A DNA stretch of 64,000 nucleotides. It comes from Felis catus (taxonomy: Eukaryota). The position numbers were made by a program, and so were the translations under genes. Below, piece after piece: positions 52,720 through 64,000 of this stretch. Where the stretch lies: NCBI RefSeq assembly GCF_018350175.1, contig NC_058368.1:156614001-156678000 (forward strand), in the 5' to 3' direction. The notes below the pieces were generated by a model, which saw only the letters and a program-made list of their open reading frames with translations, ran no database searches and was not told the DNA's origin. Numbering within the stretch: the stretch's first letter is position 1; every line of letters starts with the position of its first letter.

Positions 52720-53460
52720 CTATCACTAAATTTTGTTGATTTTATCTCTCACCAGTAAACTTGCTGATTTCTCTCCATCTCTATCTCTGATAATGCTAAT
52801 CCAAACCCCCATCATCTTCCCCCAGGATTTATGAAATAATTAGTCCTATTTGGTCTCCAAGTATCTGTTCTCATTCTTCCATATGTTTTCCACAATGCAG
52901 CCACACAGCTATTTTCAAAAAGCAAATATGATTATGCCACTTCCTATTCATAGACTCTTGGAGAATCACCACAAACCTTAACATGGCCAACAGTCCTTAC
53001 ATGGTCTGGGCATCTCCTGTCCGCTGTCGTCATGTACCATGATCTCCCACACTCTCCTCTGCGTACACCTTTTCTGAGCTCCAGTACTTTTTCAATTACT
53101 GGAGTGCAGCATAGGGCCTTTGCATGTGCTGTTTCCTCTGCTTGAAATATCTTCTCTCTTCCTGGTTTTTGCTTTATTAACTCCTATTCACACTTCAGAC
53201 CTCAGGTCTCATTTGGCTTCCTTAGAGAATTCCTGCTACCTTAACTAGAACAAATTCTACTACATTCCCTCTTAACAGCAACATGTACCTCTCTTTCATG
53301 GCACTCAATACAGTTGTCATTTTAAATTTCCTTCACTAATGATTTGATCCCTGAGTTCTCCACTGGATATAAGTTCTATAGTATCCTATGGGTTTAGCAT
53401 AGGACCTGGCTTATAGTAGGTTTGGTCAGTACTAGCATTATTTGAATAAAGCAATAAATA
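52720..53460 (+). mobile_element. L2 LINE 3' fragment
   Basis: gggcctttgcatgtgctgtttcctctgc; cctggcttatagtagg 3' end. Confidence 0.85.
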
Positions 53461-54800
53461 AACACTTACAATTTATTCCTGTGTATGGATTAACCAGCTA
53501 GGATATACTGCTTGGCTTCCACTAGGTGAAATAAGGTATTCTGAATTGGTGATTTCTACAATGATGGGTTTCTATTTCTAAATATTCTCTGTTAAAAAAA
53601 AAAAAAACAGTCCTCACCTACCCTTCCTTTTGCACACATGGGCCTGTGCATATGCACACTTACACACTTTTTTTTTACTGTGTTAACTTCTCACAGTAGG
53701 TATCTGGTAGTCCTTGTTGGAAAGAGAAATGTACTTCTCACTGAATTAAGTATGGATACTTAAATCATACTTAGCAAACACAGAGTATGAAAATGTGTGC
53801 TCACTGTTTAATTTTTTAAAAGGGTAGAGCAAAATACTTGTTGAAAAGGGTGAGTTTTCCAATGAGTTTAAAACACTTCCAAATCTGAAGTTGGGATTCA
53901 CTATTTTAATCTATAGTCTCCTGAAAAAATGTCAAGAATACCTTTCCAGCAGACAACATAAACCAACTTTAATCATGCATTATTTGAAGACAGCAATACA
54001 CACATTGCTAAATGAGGGTATGTGAACTTGCCCAAATAGTTATGTCTACTCCTAAAATGTGTTATAATCAAAACTTGTGAGAGCAGCTCCCAGTACATGA
54101 AAGCACATTGAGTCTAATGAGGACTCTCCGGTAAACTGTGGCAGAAAGTGCATTGGCCAGGTCACACCTGATAATTTTTAATGCCACTTCAACATGCTGA
54201 AGTAATTGGCTCCTCTGCCTCCCTTGTAAGTTTCTCACTGCAGCATGGTGTGCAAGGAAGTACAGACAGCCAGTGCTGGAAAATGGGTAACAGCTATATG
54301 GAAACCCATCAAGAAGATGAAGAGTATTCACTTATCATTCAGCAAACAAATACCAGAAAGCAGAAACTCTATTATAATTTCACCTCATTTTCTTTGTGAT
54401 GGTACGCATGACAATACAGTCAAAACATCAGGGTCTGGATACCTTGGTACGGAATTCCAAATACTCAGTTCAGTAGCAAATGTATTCCCTGAATGAATAC
54501 TACCATTTGTCTACAATATAACATGTCTGAAATTGGGAAATGAAATTATAATAAAAGATGCAAACGTGTCCCTTATTTACCACAAGAGGTTCTGATCTGG
54601 AGCACAGAACAGGAAATTTGAATTCAAAAGATATAATACACAGGGACTAGCGATACCCAGGATACTTACAGAAACAAAGAACAGGCCAGATTTTCATATG
54701 CTGCTTCTTTTTATTATCACCTCTGGATTCAAAGAAGGCTCATGACATTCCACCAAGTGATAACAAGAAAGCACTCCTCCTAGGCTGTGGGGGAACTTAC

Positions 54801-54912
54801 CACATCCCTGTGTTCTCCTTCTTTAGGGGTAAGGATGACGGACAGCAAAATGATTCCAAGGTAGTGGTCAGGATAATGAGGATCTTTCAGTGTTAGGGTC
54901 ACATCTGTGGGC
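54801..54912 (-). CDS. MCTP1: MCTP1 exon ~5 (112 nt): (R)PTDVTLTLKDPHYPDHYLGIILLSVILTPKEGEHRDV, end of C2A
   Basis: Acceptor tatcatag|G, donor GTG|gtaagt; phase 2/0. Confidence 0.96.
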
Positions 54913-56166
54913 CTATGATATACAATATTAAGATTGTAAACCATCATTAAATATATAAGCCAAAAATATATTTTATATTGACAATTTATTATTTTTAAGA
55001 AGAAAATAAATTTTGTTTTCTTTTACTTTCCTGGTCCAATTTCTGTTGTTATTAAAATATCATTAATGCACTCTTATCCAATAAATTGTGGACCAACTGG
55101 GCGTACTTGGATTCACTGTGTAAGTCTCAGTCCTTTCTGTGGTTCTAGAAAGCTAAGAAACTATAAAAGTATAGAGAAATGTACAAGTACCTTCTTTATA
55201 ATCTCTAAACACACAGAAAGCCAGATATTTTCTATAAATTTGAGTCCAACAAGTAAATGAGGGTCATTTACAGACCACTACATGATTTAGAATAAAGAGA
55301 TGAGTGGTAAAAGAGGAAAAGATAATACATAATTTGCATACATATATACATAATGTATATGTATACATATACACATACACATACAGATACATAATCACAT
55401 AAAACACCTTAAAACCATCAAAGAAGATCTCACAGCTTCCTTTGCAACCTATCCCAGTACTGCTTGACCGTTTTAAAACATATTTTTTTTCCTTCTGTAG
55501 TATTAATCAATTCTTAGCTTCCAGTTGAAGTGCATTTTAAAAAAATATAAGCCCATAATTAGGTGCCAGGTATGACTAATACTAGTAATAATTCTATAGC
55601 TTTACAACTAGTCAAGCAATGATAAACTAATGTGACTGAGGAAATACAACTAATCTTTCTTCATGTTTGAGGCACTCCTTGGTAACCTAGGATCACCAGT
55701 GATCACAAAATTAGACTGTCTTTGGGCTCAGGTGATAAGAGAGTAGCTGTTTTTGAGACAAAGCACATGTTTTATTTTCTGTATGGTAGCCTGATTCTTA
55801 AACTAGTCATTTCTATTTACATGCATAATCTACTTTATGTCCCACTACAACCATATCAGCAACACGGAAGTAAGGAATTTGTCTTTTATCTCTAGATTGC
55901 TGGTGCTTAGTACAGTGCTGGGGGACAGATCAGGTGTCCTAGACTTTTTCTTCCAAATAACTGTTGTTGATTAAGACGATCAAGGAAGATGCTATTATTT
56001 CCACTGGATAGATAAAAAAGATGTACTTGAAAAAGGCTGGCTAGCATGACAGCTCACAACAATAAATGAGAGAACAGTGTCTAGAACCCAGATCGGCTGT
56101 CACTCTGTTTATACAGGCCCAGCTTCACAACAAGAGGCAGTGATAGAACAGTGGCTCAAAAGTTAC

Positions 56167-56246
56167 CTGTTTAACTCCAGTTGTGTGAGATCCAGAAAGG
56201 CTGAGCCCATAAAGTCATCCTGTAGTCCAAAATCATAGTCAAATAC
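56167..56246 (-). CDS. MCTP1: MCTP1 exon ~4 (80 nt): VFDYDFGLQDDFMGSAFLDLTQLELN(R), C2A calcium-binding loop 3
   Basis: Acceptor cttctcag|GTA, donor CAG|gtaact; D-x-D-x4-DD motif; phase 0/2. Confidence 0.97.
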
Positions 56247-56389
56247 CTGAGAAGCCAAAGAGACAAAGCATTATTAGAAATAATTACAATATAGCTTTAA
56301 ATGAAAATACCTTGACTATAAAATATTGGTTGTCTGTGTCATCAAAAACAGTGAAACTTCCTAATATTTTTACAAATTTCTTTGTTTGA

Positions 56390-56609
56390 GGGGCACCTTG
56401 GTGGCTCAGTTGATTAAGCGTCTGACTCGATTTCAGTTCAGGCCGCAATCTTATGGTTTTGTGAGTTTGAGCTCCACATTAGGCTTTGCACTGACTCTAT
56501 AGAACTTGCTTTGGATTCCCTTTCTCTCGCTCTCACTCTCTCTCTCTCTCTGCCCCTACCCAGCTAGTGCTCAGTCTCTCTCAAAATAAATAAATAAACT
56601 TCAACAAAA
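56390..56609 (+). mobile_element. CAN-SINE about 140 nt upstream of the exon-4 acceptor
   Basis: Head ggggcaccttggtggctcag; TSD tttctttgtttga (56377-56389 / 56611-56623). Confidence 0.93.
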
Positions 56610-57109
56610 TTTTCTTTGTTTGAAATGTTAGGGTCTCACAAAATATTCAAAGGAAATTGCATTTTTTACTTAAAATTGTTATTTATATCAAATAGAACTT
56701 TAAGGAAGATGAATAACAAAATCAAGTAAAATATAGTAAATCATCAAAAATCTGAGGAACCCAGGCTTAGAATATTTTCCCCATATTATAGAAGGGATAT
56801 TAGCATTACTGGAAGGAAAAATAAGTGAGTATGAAATTCAACAAATATGTCTTCCATAGTGGGCTCTTGGTGATGAGTACATGATTCTAATTCCTTCGTG
56901 TTTTTCAGGTCACTGAAGATAAATTCTGTGATATTATAGGACAATGTCTTTTGAAATATACAAATAAGTTAAAATTGAAGTGTTGTTATTAAAACATTTT
57001 GTAAAGTCATATTAAGGTTAAGTCAAATTTAGTTTTTATCATCACAAGGAAGACCAGGAAATAATATTAATGTAACTACCAACAACAATCAGAAAGGAAA
57101 AGATAATGT

Positions 57110-57850
57110 GTTTCTATTTATTTATCCAGTATCTTCTTTGTGCCTTTTATGGTTCTTATTCATACTATGATAAATAAAAAAGTATTGTCCCTGATCTCTT
57201 GGACCCTGCATTTAAGAGCTGAGACAGTGTATACAAACCCAAATAGATAAATACACTTCAGTGATGAGCACTGTGGACACAAAAGTCTAAGGGGGTGTGT
57301 TGGAAGCTGCTATTTTAGATAGGGAGTCCAGGAAGGCCTCGTGCAGGAAGTGTGTCATGTAGAGACCAGAATGATGAGAAGGATTATGCCAGTTTGGGAA
57401 GATCATTCCCAGGCAGAAGAAACAGCAAATGACCAACACACGCAATGGTCAAGAAGTCAGTGTGGTTGAAGCAGAGTAAGAAATATGGAGAGTGGAAAGA
57501 AGAAGGCTGAAGAGACAGCTCAGAGCTAGATCAATTAGGGCCATTTCCGAAAGCCTCCAAGAAAATGGGAGTTGGCTAACTTCTATCCATTCATTAGTTT
57601 TCCTACTCATTCTGTCCTCAGTCAATATTGATTAAGTAATTATTATGTACCAGACAATATGCTAGGCATAAACAGGGGTGAGCAAAGCTGACATCATCAT
57701 CGCTTACAGTTTAGTAAAGGAGACAGATGTTAAACAAGGAAGTGCACAGGTGATATGTAATTCCAAATGTTGATAAGTATTGTAAAGAAAAGAATAGCGT
57801 TTGAAAAAAAAATAATAGAGATCAGGGAAAGCTTTTAAGATGGAAGAAAG
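57110..57850 (-). mobile_element. Two adjacent degenerate L2 fragments
   Basis: cattccaggcagaagaaacagcaaatg; tatgtaccagacaatatgctaggc..gcttacagtttagt. Confidence 0.65.
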
Positions 57851-58189
57851 ATGCTAGTAGATGAAGTTTGGAGCTGTGCTTCTGGATCTTTTCAAACAGA
57901 AAATCTTTGTATTGCACATTGCAGTAAATGAGCATGGACAAGTAAGCCAGCTCTTGAAAAGATCAACCAGGCCATGGAACTCTCCAGGATGTGAGAATCC
58001 ATTAGGCTGAGAGAATTTAGTACAACTGGGCTCAGTAGTTAGAAAACTTGAAGCAGAGGGAACAATATGTACAGCAGCCTGCATCCTTGGTTTTTCTCCA
58101 GTATTAATAGCCTTTGATTTAAAAAAACTTAATATGTAAAAAAATTGATATTTAAATAAAAAGATAAATACTTTGCATTACAAAAGGAC

Positions 58190-58329
58190 TCTTAAGTTTG
58201 AAGTCATAAGGGGATTTACTTAAGTGATAAGTTCCTCTAAGGCCTTCTAAATTATTCAATTCACAGTCATTTGATTTATATACAACCTTTCAGGAGTACA
58301 TTTGTTATAGAAAGCACAGTGCTCCTGTA
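58190..58329. mobile_element. Possible old Tigger-type MITE end
   Basis: Terminus ...ttcaggagtacatttg...ctcctg followed by TA. Confidence 0.3.
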
Positions 58330-58926
58330 ATAGATATTCTCCTTGATCAATTACACCTCTGAGATCTAGTCATGTGCCCAGTGGCATATCACAAGAATAC
58401 ACTGCCACGTCTCAGGCAAAGGACACCTCACTGTTTGCAAGTGGCTACAAATATTGTATTTTACAACATAAAATTTATACTCAAAATTAAACAAATTTCT
58501 CTTACGCAATCTCTTCTAATTTTATCACCCTAAAGCTAAAACTCTTAGGGACTATAGTGATAATCAACCAACATCTGGGGTACACACATACATGTGAAGT
58601 GGAGAGCTGTGAATACAGTGAACTGGCTAGAGGAGACAGTCCAAATGGGTGATTCAACATTCGAACTTTCTTAACTCTCACGGTGAAAGTCTTTCCTCCA
58701 GTCCTAATGCTAGGTGCTTACTTTAGTTTCCTCCTATTCATTAGTAAATGCATAACCATGGGAAAGAATGTAACAACTAGAATCCATTCATTAATGAAAT
58801 TATTAGCTTTGCGACTTGGTTCCAAGTTCTATAAACTACCTGTCAGAAGGAGCATTGCTTTAGGGAAAGTTTCAGAAATACAGAACATAGAGAAGAGATA
58901 AAACAGGAAAAGATACTCCCACTGTT

Positions 58927-59141
58927 GGGGCACCTGGGTGGCTCAGTTAGTTAAGTGTCCAACTCTTGATATCAGCTCAGGTTGTGATCTCATGGTAGTG
59001 ATCTGAGGGTCATAAGACTGAGCCCCATGTTGGGCTCTGTGCTGAGCATGGAGTCTGCTTGGGATTTTCTCTCTCCCTCTCTCTCTGTCCCTGCCCCCTC
59101 CAATAAATAAATAAACTTAAAAAAAAAAAAAGAAAAGAAAA
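58927..59141 (+). mobile_element. CAN-SINE
   Basis: TSD gaaaagatactcccactg (58907-58924) / gaaaaggtactcccactg (59142-59159). Confidence 0.94.
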
Positions 59142-59284
59142 GAAAAGGTACTCCCACTGCAATAACAACAAGCACAGTGAACACTGATTAATGTTTATTC
59201 AATATTTACTATCCATTAGACACTATTATCTGTTAAACATATTATGGAGATTCTGAAATTTATGTTGTATAGAACTCAGTGAAC

Positions 59285-59350
59285 AGGGTATTGTTGTTTC
59301 CATTTTTCAGATAAGGAATCCAAAGCTAAAAAAGTTTATGTCACTTCCCC
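59285..59350 (-). mobile_element. MIR core fragment
   Basis: ccatttttcagataaggaa. Confidence 0.55.
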
Positions 59351-59825
59351 CCAAAATTTGGTGCTTTGAAGAGGTTGGATTCAGATTCAGTTGTGCAAGA
59401 TACTCTGTTCAGAATAGAACACATTTAAATTTAGCAAATACGAGTTGGGTACCCACTGTGAGGGAAGCACTGTGAATTCACATGTGAACAGTTTAGATGG
59501 GATGCTTGCCTTCACACATCTCCTGGGAGAGGTGGAAACCTTAGATAACATTAGATAAAAGTTGCTTGGTTTCCATAACACCTCTCTTCATTCTCACGTG
59601 AGTTTAGAACAAAAAATGTTTTATTCTAATAAATGAATTTATTTAGCATTTTGATTTAATTGCCTCCCCTGAAAAATTGCATCAGGGAGTACACCAGCTA
59701 AAATGCTCTTGGAAAACAGTCACAGAAAGCTCAGCTCCCACAAATGGGAATTTGTTAGCTCAAATGACTGGAATGCCCAAAGGTAATTACGACTTCAGTG
59801 GAGTTTTCAATTGCCAGTTCAAATG

Positions 59826-60110
59826 ATTCATATATTTATTCATTCAGTTATGTGAGAAATATTTGTTTAGCATCTACAATGTGCCAAGTATTGTCCTAGG
59901 CACTGGAAATACAGCAGTGAACAGAAAAAATTTTCTGATTTCTTGGGGCTTACATATAGGGGAGCTGCAGATAATAAATGAATGCATGACAGGTAATGAT
60001 AAGTGCCATGGGGAAAAATATCTCAGGGTATGGGAGTGATGGGGACTGCTATTTATAAGATATTTCAGAGAACAATCAGAGAGAGTGGCCTTTGAATAAA
60101 GATGCATAAT
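59826..60110 (-). mobile_element. L2 3' fragment
   Basis: attcattca..agcatctacaatgtgccaagtattgtcctaggcactggaaatacagcagtgaaca. Confidence 0.85.
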
Positions 60111-60344
60111 GGGAATAGGATATGGAACAGGACCCAGATCACGTAATGTGACCCAGGATCTAAGATTCTATGAAGAAAATATGTCCATGACTCATTTTCA
60201 TATTCAGGCAGCTTCAAAATAACCATTTCACTATACAAGAATAATTAAACTCAAAATCGTAGGACTGACATTGTAACGCAAAGAAAAAAGAAAACCTAAC
60301 TGGGGCCATTGCAATTAGTCATCTTTAGTAGAAAATACAAGTTA

Positions 60345-60512
60345 TGTTGCATAATTACTGGGTGGACATAGGAAACCCTAAATCTCTCTAAGTCTTACTC
60401 ACCTATGTAATGAGGATGAGGAAAGTCATTTGTCAGGTATTTTGAGGATTACATGAGATAAAGTAGGCCTTGTGCCTCGCATGGTGCTCAAGAAATGGTA
60501 GTTATTATTATA
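60345..60512 (+). mobile_element. MIR
   Basis: ctctaagtctt..ctcacctatgtaatgaggatg..tgaggattacatgagata..gtgctcaagaaatggtagttattatt. Confidence 0.7.
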
Positions 60513-60904
60513 GTGAAAATGTGACCAGAGATTCTATCTTCCCAAGACTCAATAACCTCCTATGTTCTTTGCCCATAAACCGAAAGTAAGTACAGTCACA
60601 TTTTTTTGTTTCCTTGTTTTGTTTTGCTATTGATTTTTGTTGTTGTTGCTAAAATAGTTGAGATTCTTGATTCATGCATTTAGGAAGTACTTTTGAACCA
60701 CACAAAACATCTAAGATGACACAAGCATCTAACTTTGGAATAATTTGGTTTGGATGCTGTGTGGTTTAGGGTTGGAAACATTTTCTTCCAATTACTCAGG
60801 TGTTTCCATTTATAAGTCTAGAAAAATAGTTCCTTCCCTACCCAAGCAGTGCATCAGAATAACCTATTGTGTTTCAAAAGTACAGAAGATTGTACTCTAC
60901 CATT

Positions 60905-60962
60905 CAGGGCCTAAATCAAAGTCTGTAGGGAAGACACTTGAACATCTGGATTCTTACACACA

Positions 60963-61003
<41 letters not shown>

Positions 61004-61062
61004 CAAAAACAAAAAAAAGCTTCATGGTAATTCTGATGTACAGCCAGGGTTGACTATCATTG
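60905..61062. mobile_element. MER5-type fragment containing a (CA)n tract at ~60955-61002
   Basis: ggtaattctgatgtacagccagggttga 3' motif; (CA)n read directly. Confidence 0.6.
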
Positions 61063-61175
61063 GTATATGACATTCATTTAGGGCCCTTAAAACCTACTCA
61101 GAAATAATTTGGCATAAGATAGCAATATGGTGCTTAACTTGAACCATGCTGAAGAATGTTTCAATTTTAAATCTT

Positions 61176-61214
61176 TTAAAAAATTTTTTAATGTTTATTT
61201 TTGAGAGAGACAGA

Positions 61215-61260
<46 letters not shown>

Positions 61261-61385
61261 CCAAAGCAGACTCCAGGCTCTGAGCTGTCAACACAGAGCC
61301 AGTCATGGGGCTTGAACTCACGAACTGTGAGATCATACCTGAGCTGAAGTCGGACACTTAACCAACTGAGCCTCCCAGGCATCCC
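61176..61385 (-). mobile_element. CAN-SINE (feliform)
   Basis: Perfect TSD tcaattttaaatctt (61161-61175 / 61387-61401). Confidence 0.95.
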
Positions 61386-61820
61386 ATCAATTTTAAATCT
61401 TAAGCCTGGATATATATGAGTTATTTAAGGAAATGTCAACTTTGGTAAAATGACAGTCTTAGACACAGTAATCTGATCCCAAACAGAATTGCCTTCCTAA
61501 TTATCAAAACCTTTCTATTAGTTAGAAAAGCACTCGAATCTAATACCCAGATTTTTAGCCTGTGATTAGGCCAAACAAGCAGCAATTTATACAACCATTT
61601 CCCCTTTATATTACTTCTCTCTTTTCCACTATAACTCTGGGTGTTCACTGTGTAACTTGAATAATAGTGTCAGTGAAATGAAAATTGAAAATTTAATTCA
61701 ATTCAGCTGAAATGGATGCTGAATTTACCCTCTTATCTAAGATGTGTGCCTGAGCAGGCATCCCTGTGGCTACCGACCAGGCTCCAGTGGCTCTTGTCTC
61801 AGTTAAAACTACTGCATTTA

Positions 61821-62046
61821 GGGGCGCCTGGGTGGGCAGTCGGTTAAGCGTCCGACTTCAGCCAGGTCACGATCTCGCGGACCGTGAGTTCGAGCCCCAC
61901 GTCGGGCTCTGGGCTGATGGCTCAGAGCCTGGAGCCTGTTTCTGATTCTGTGTCTCCCTCTCTCTCTGCCCCTCCCCCGTTCATGCTCTGTCTCTCTCTG
62001 TCCCAAAAATAAGTAAACGTTAAAAAAACAAACAAACAAACAAAAA
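61821..62046 (+). mobile_element. Young SINEC_Fc with (CAAA)n tail
   Basis: Perfect 16-nt TSD aaaactactgcattta (61805-61820 / 62047-62062). Confidence 0.97.
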
Positions 62047-63902
62047 AAAACTACTGCATTTAAACCCCCAGCTTCTACTACGACCTTATAAGTATATTTC
62101 AAGTCCATTCCTATAGACTTGTTTTTATCTGCCCTTACTGTAAAGTCATTTGGAACTGAAGGAATAGTCTTATTAAAATTAAAAGCTATAGGAATTCTAA
62201 CCAATTGGAATGTATATTATTTTTTATTTTGTGTCTAATTTTTTTAAAATGACAGTTCCAAGATTTTTTGGAGGGAAAAATCTGTTTTTGCTAGAAATGG
62301 TATAAGCACTGCAACTTTAATGTGATTTTATAATCTTGGCTCAGAAGTGAATTTTGTTTCCCTTGGTAACCTTTACATTGATAGAAATCAGATTACAGGG
62401 CACATATAAGCTTCTTTTTCCTTTAACTACAGACAGGAGGGTTGTAGACAGTATTTTCTAACCATCTAGTACATGGATGCATTTTCATATTGCCTGTCAG
62501 TACAGAATCAGTTAGTCCCTAAGAAATCTTTCAGGGAAGATTAATCTCCCAGTACATAGGATATGGGCATCATATCAAAATCAAGTCAGTCAATCACACA
62601 TGGCTATGTAGAGACAATGAAAATAAAGCAATGTTCATGAAATTCTTAAAATATTTCCACCAGTGTATTTGATTTAGGTCTCTGTGTATGCAAGGTTAGG
62701 CAAAAAGCAGATAACATAAAAAATGAAAAAAAAGAAAGCAAAAAATTAGAGACTTTTTTCAAAAGATGCCCTATGCATTTCATAGAAAACAAAAATCAAA
62801 TGAAAAATACGAAAGCATATTTAGAAGCATAAGTATTACATAAAAATATTGTCATTTTATGTTTGTACATGAAAGACCAGTATAATTTCTACTTAATCAT
62901 TTTTCTTAGGTAGAAATGTACAAAAGTGACAAATATTTTATAATTCATTATGTATCTTTTTCTGTATGGTACAAGTTAAGTCGTGGCTACATGATGCCAT
63001 ACTTTGAAAACTCAACGTGGTAAATAAACAGAAAAAAACAAAAACAATCTTTGGGGTCTCTCTCCTAGCTTTTGGCTTATATGGTGGTTGTTAACCAAGG
63101 CTTTGGGCCTGTATGTAGTATCCCTGTCTCCAATGGCACAAGTATATGTGTGGACATATTCTCTCCCAAACCAAAACAAAAAATGTTGCCACCATTTTTT
63201 TTTTCTGTGTACTACAGATTTTTGTTTATTTTTGAGCCTATTGTGATATTCTTTTCCAAATATCCATTTTGACATTTAGATTTCTACAGAGATGAATATT
63301 CATTCTCAAGCTCAAGAGAATAGCAAAAGAAATTAACTGTAATTTTGAGAAGTTTATTTCTTAATCCTTTGAAAGACTGGAGATCCACATGGTTCTGTTG
63401 TGGAGTAATATCCCATTAAAGAAACAGACACACAGTAAAAGTAATTAAGAACAAATCTTGTTCCTTCCATGATTTTTCTCATAAGGGACCCTAAATAAGA
63501 TCCAAATGGTTCAGTTCAATCCTTAGTAACCCCCGCTTTCCTCTCCTGTCCATCATCCCCATGGCCACAGCTACCCCAACTCATCTCTTCCAAACCTCCC
63601 TAGAAATAAAATTTCCTTTACATATCATTTATATGTATTTTTAATTCCTTTTACAACTTCTATCTCAGTTCTTTATTATAAAGGCACTCCCTTTTTTCTC
63701 ACGTAGATATTTCTTTCTCTCTAGAAGTGGAGAGGAGGGACGAAAAGCATCTCCAACTCTGAAGATCTTCCCTTTGGTGGGAGGAAGGTTGGCCATGAAT
63801 ATTGCCACATTAATAATACTTATGCTGTCACTCATATGTTAAAAGACAGTTCATGAATTCTATTTAATTGATTTTCTTTAGCCAGTGTCCATTCAAGACT
63901 AT

Positions 63903-64000
63903 TTCTTTTATTTTTTAATTAAAAATTTTAGAAGTTTATTTATTTATTTTGAGAGAGAGAGCACTGAAGGGGCAGAGAGAGAGAGAGAGAGAGAGAGAGA
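63903..64000 (-). mobile_element. CAN-SINE 3' end, cut by the window edge
   Basis: T-rich tail, tttatttattttgagagag, ggggcagagagag. Confidence 0.85.

Noticed and set aside
61818..62204. 128-aa ORF and similar ORFs at 7898-8112, 20441-20764, 28990-29280, 39004-39264, 58990-59184, 61094-61382
   Set aside because: Read-through of CAN-SINE sequence
56247..64000. Search for MCTP1 exon 3 (GTSDPYVKFK...), and for exon 13 in 1-2079
   Set aside because: Not found by eye; presumed outside the window

Overview
AT-rich felid (cat-family) genomic DNA, judged from felid-type CAN-SINE (SINEC_Fc) copies. The whole window lies inside MCTP1 (multiple C2 and transmembrane domain protein 1), transcribed on the minus strand. 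Nine coding exons were read directly, all with GT-AG borders and compatible phases: 56167-56246, 54801-54912, 45543-45581, 36542-36601, 31108-31185, 25743-25913, 22765-22895, 6902-7088 and 2080-2173. They correspond to about exons 4-12 by human numbering (recalled from memory) and encode the end of C2A, the linker, C2B and the start of C2C. None of the supplied ORFs is a real gene. The introns contain 14 CAN-SINEs, a 5'-truncated L1, L2/MIR relics, MaLR/ERVL LTRs, Tigger/Charlie/MER5 DNA-transposon fossils and microsatellites. I see no proven new biological system. The best lead is an apparently extra in-frame 48-nt exon (49575-49622, QSSIHSFLHWRICEIK) with a NAGNAG acceptor and upstream Rbfox motifs. 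It would extend a run of small phase-0 exons that can vary the C2A-C2B linker. Weaker leads are several poison-exon candidates and two palindromic, motif-dense intronic modules. Repeat subfamily names and human comparisons are from memory, not from searches.
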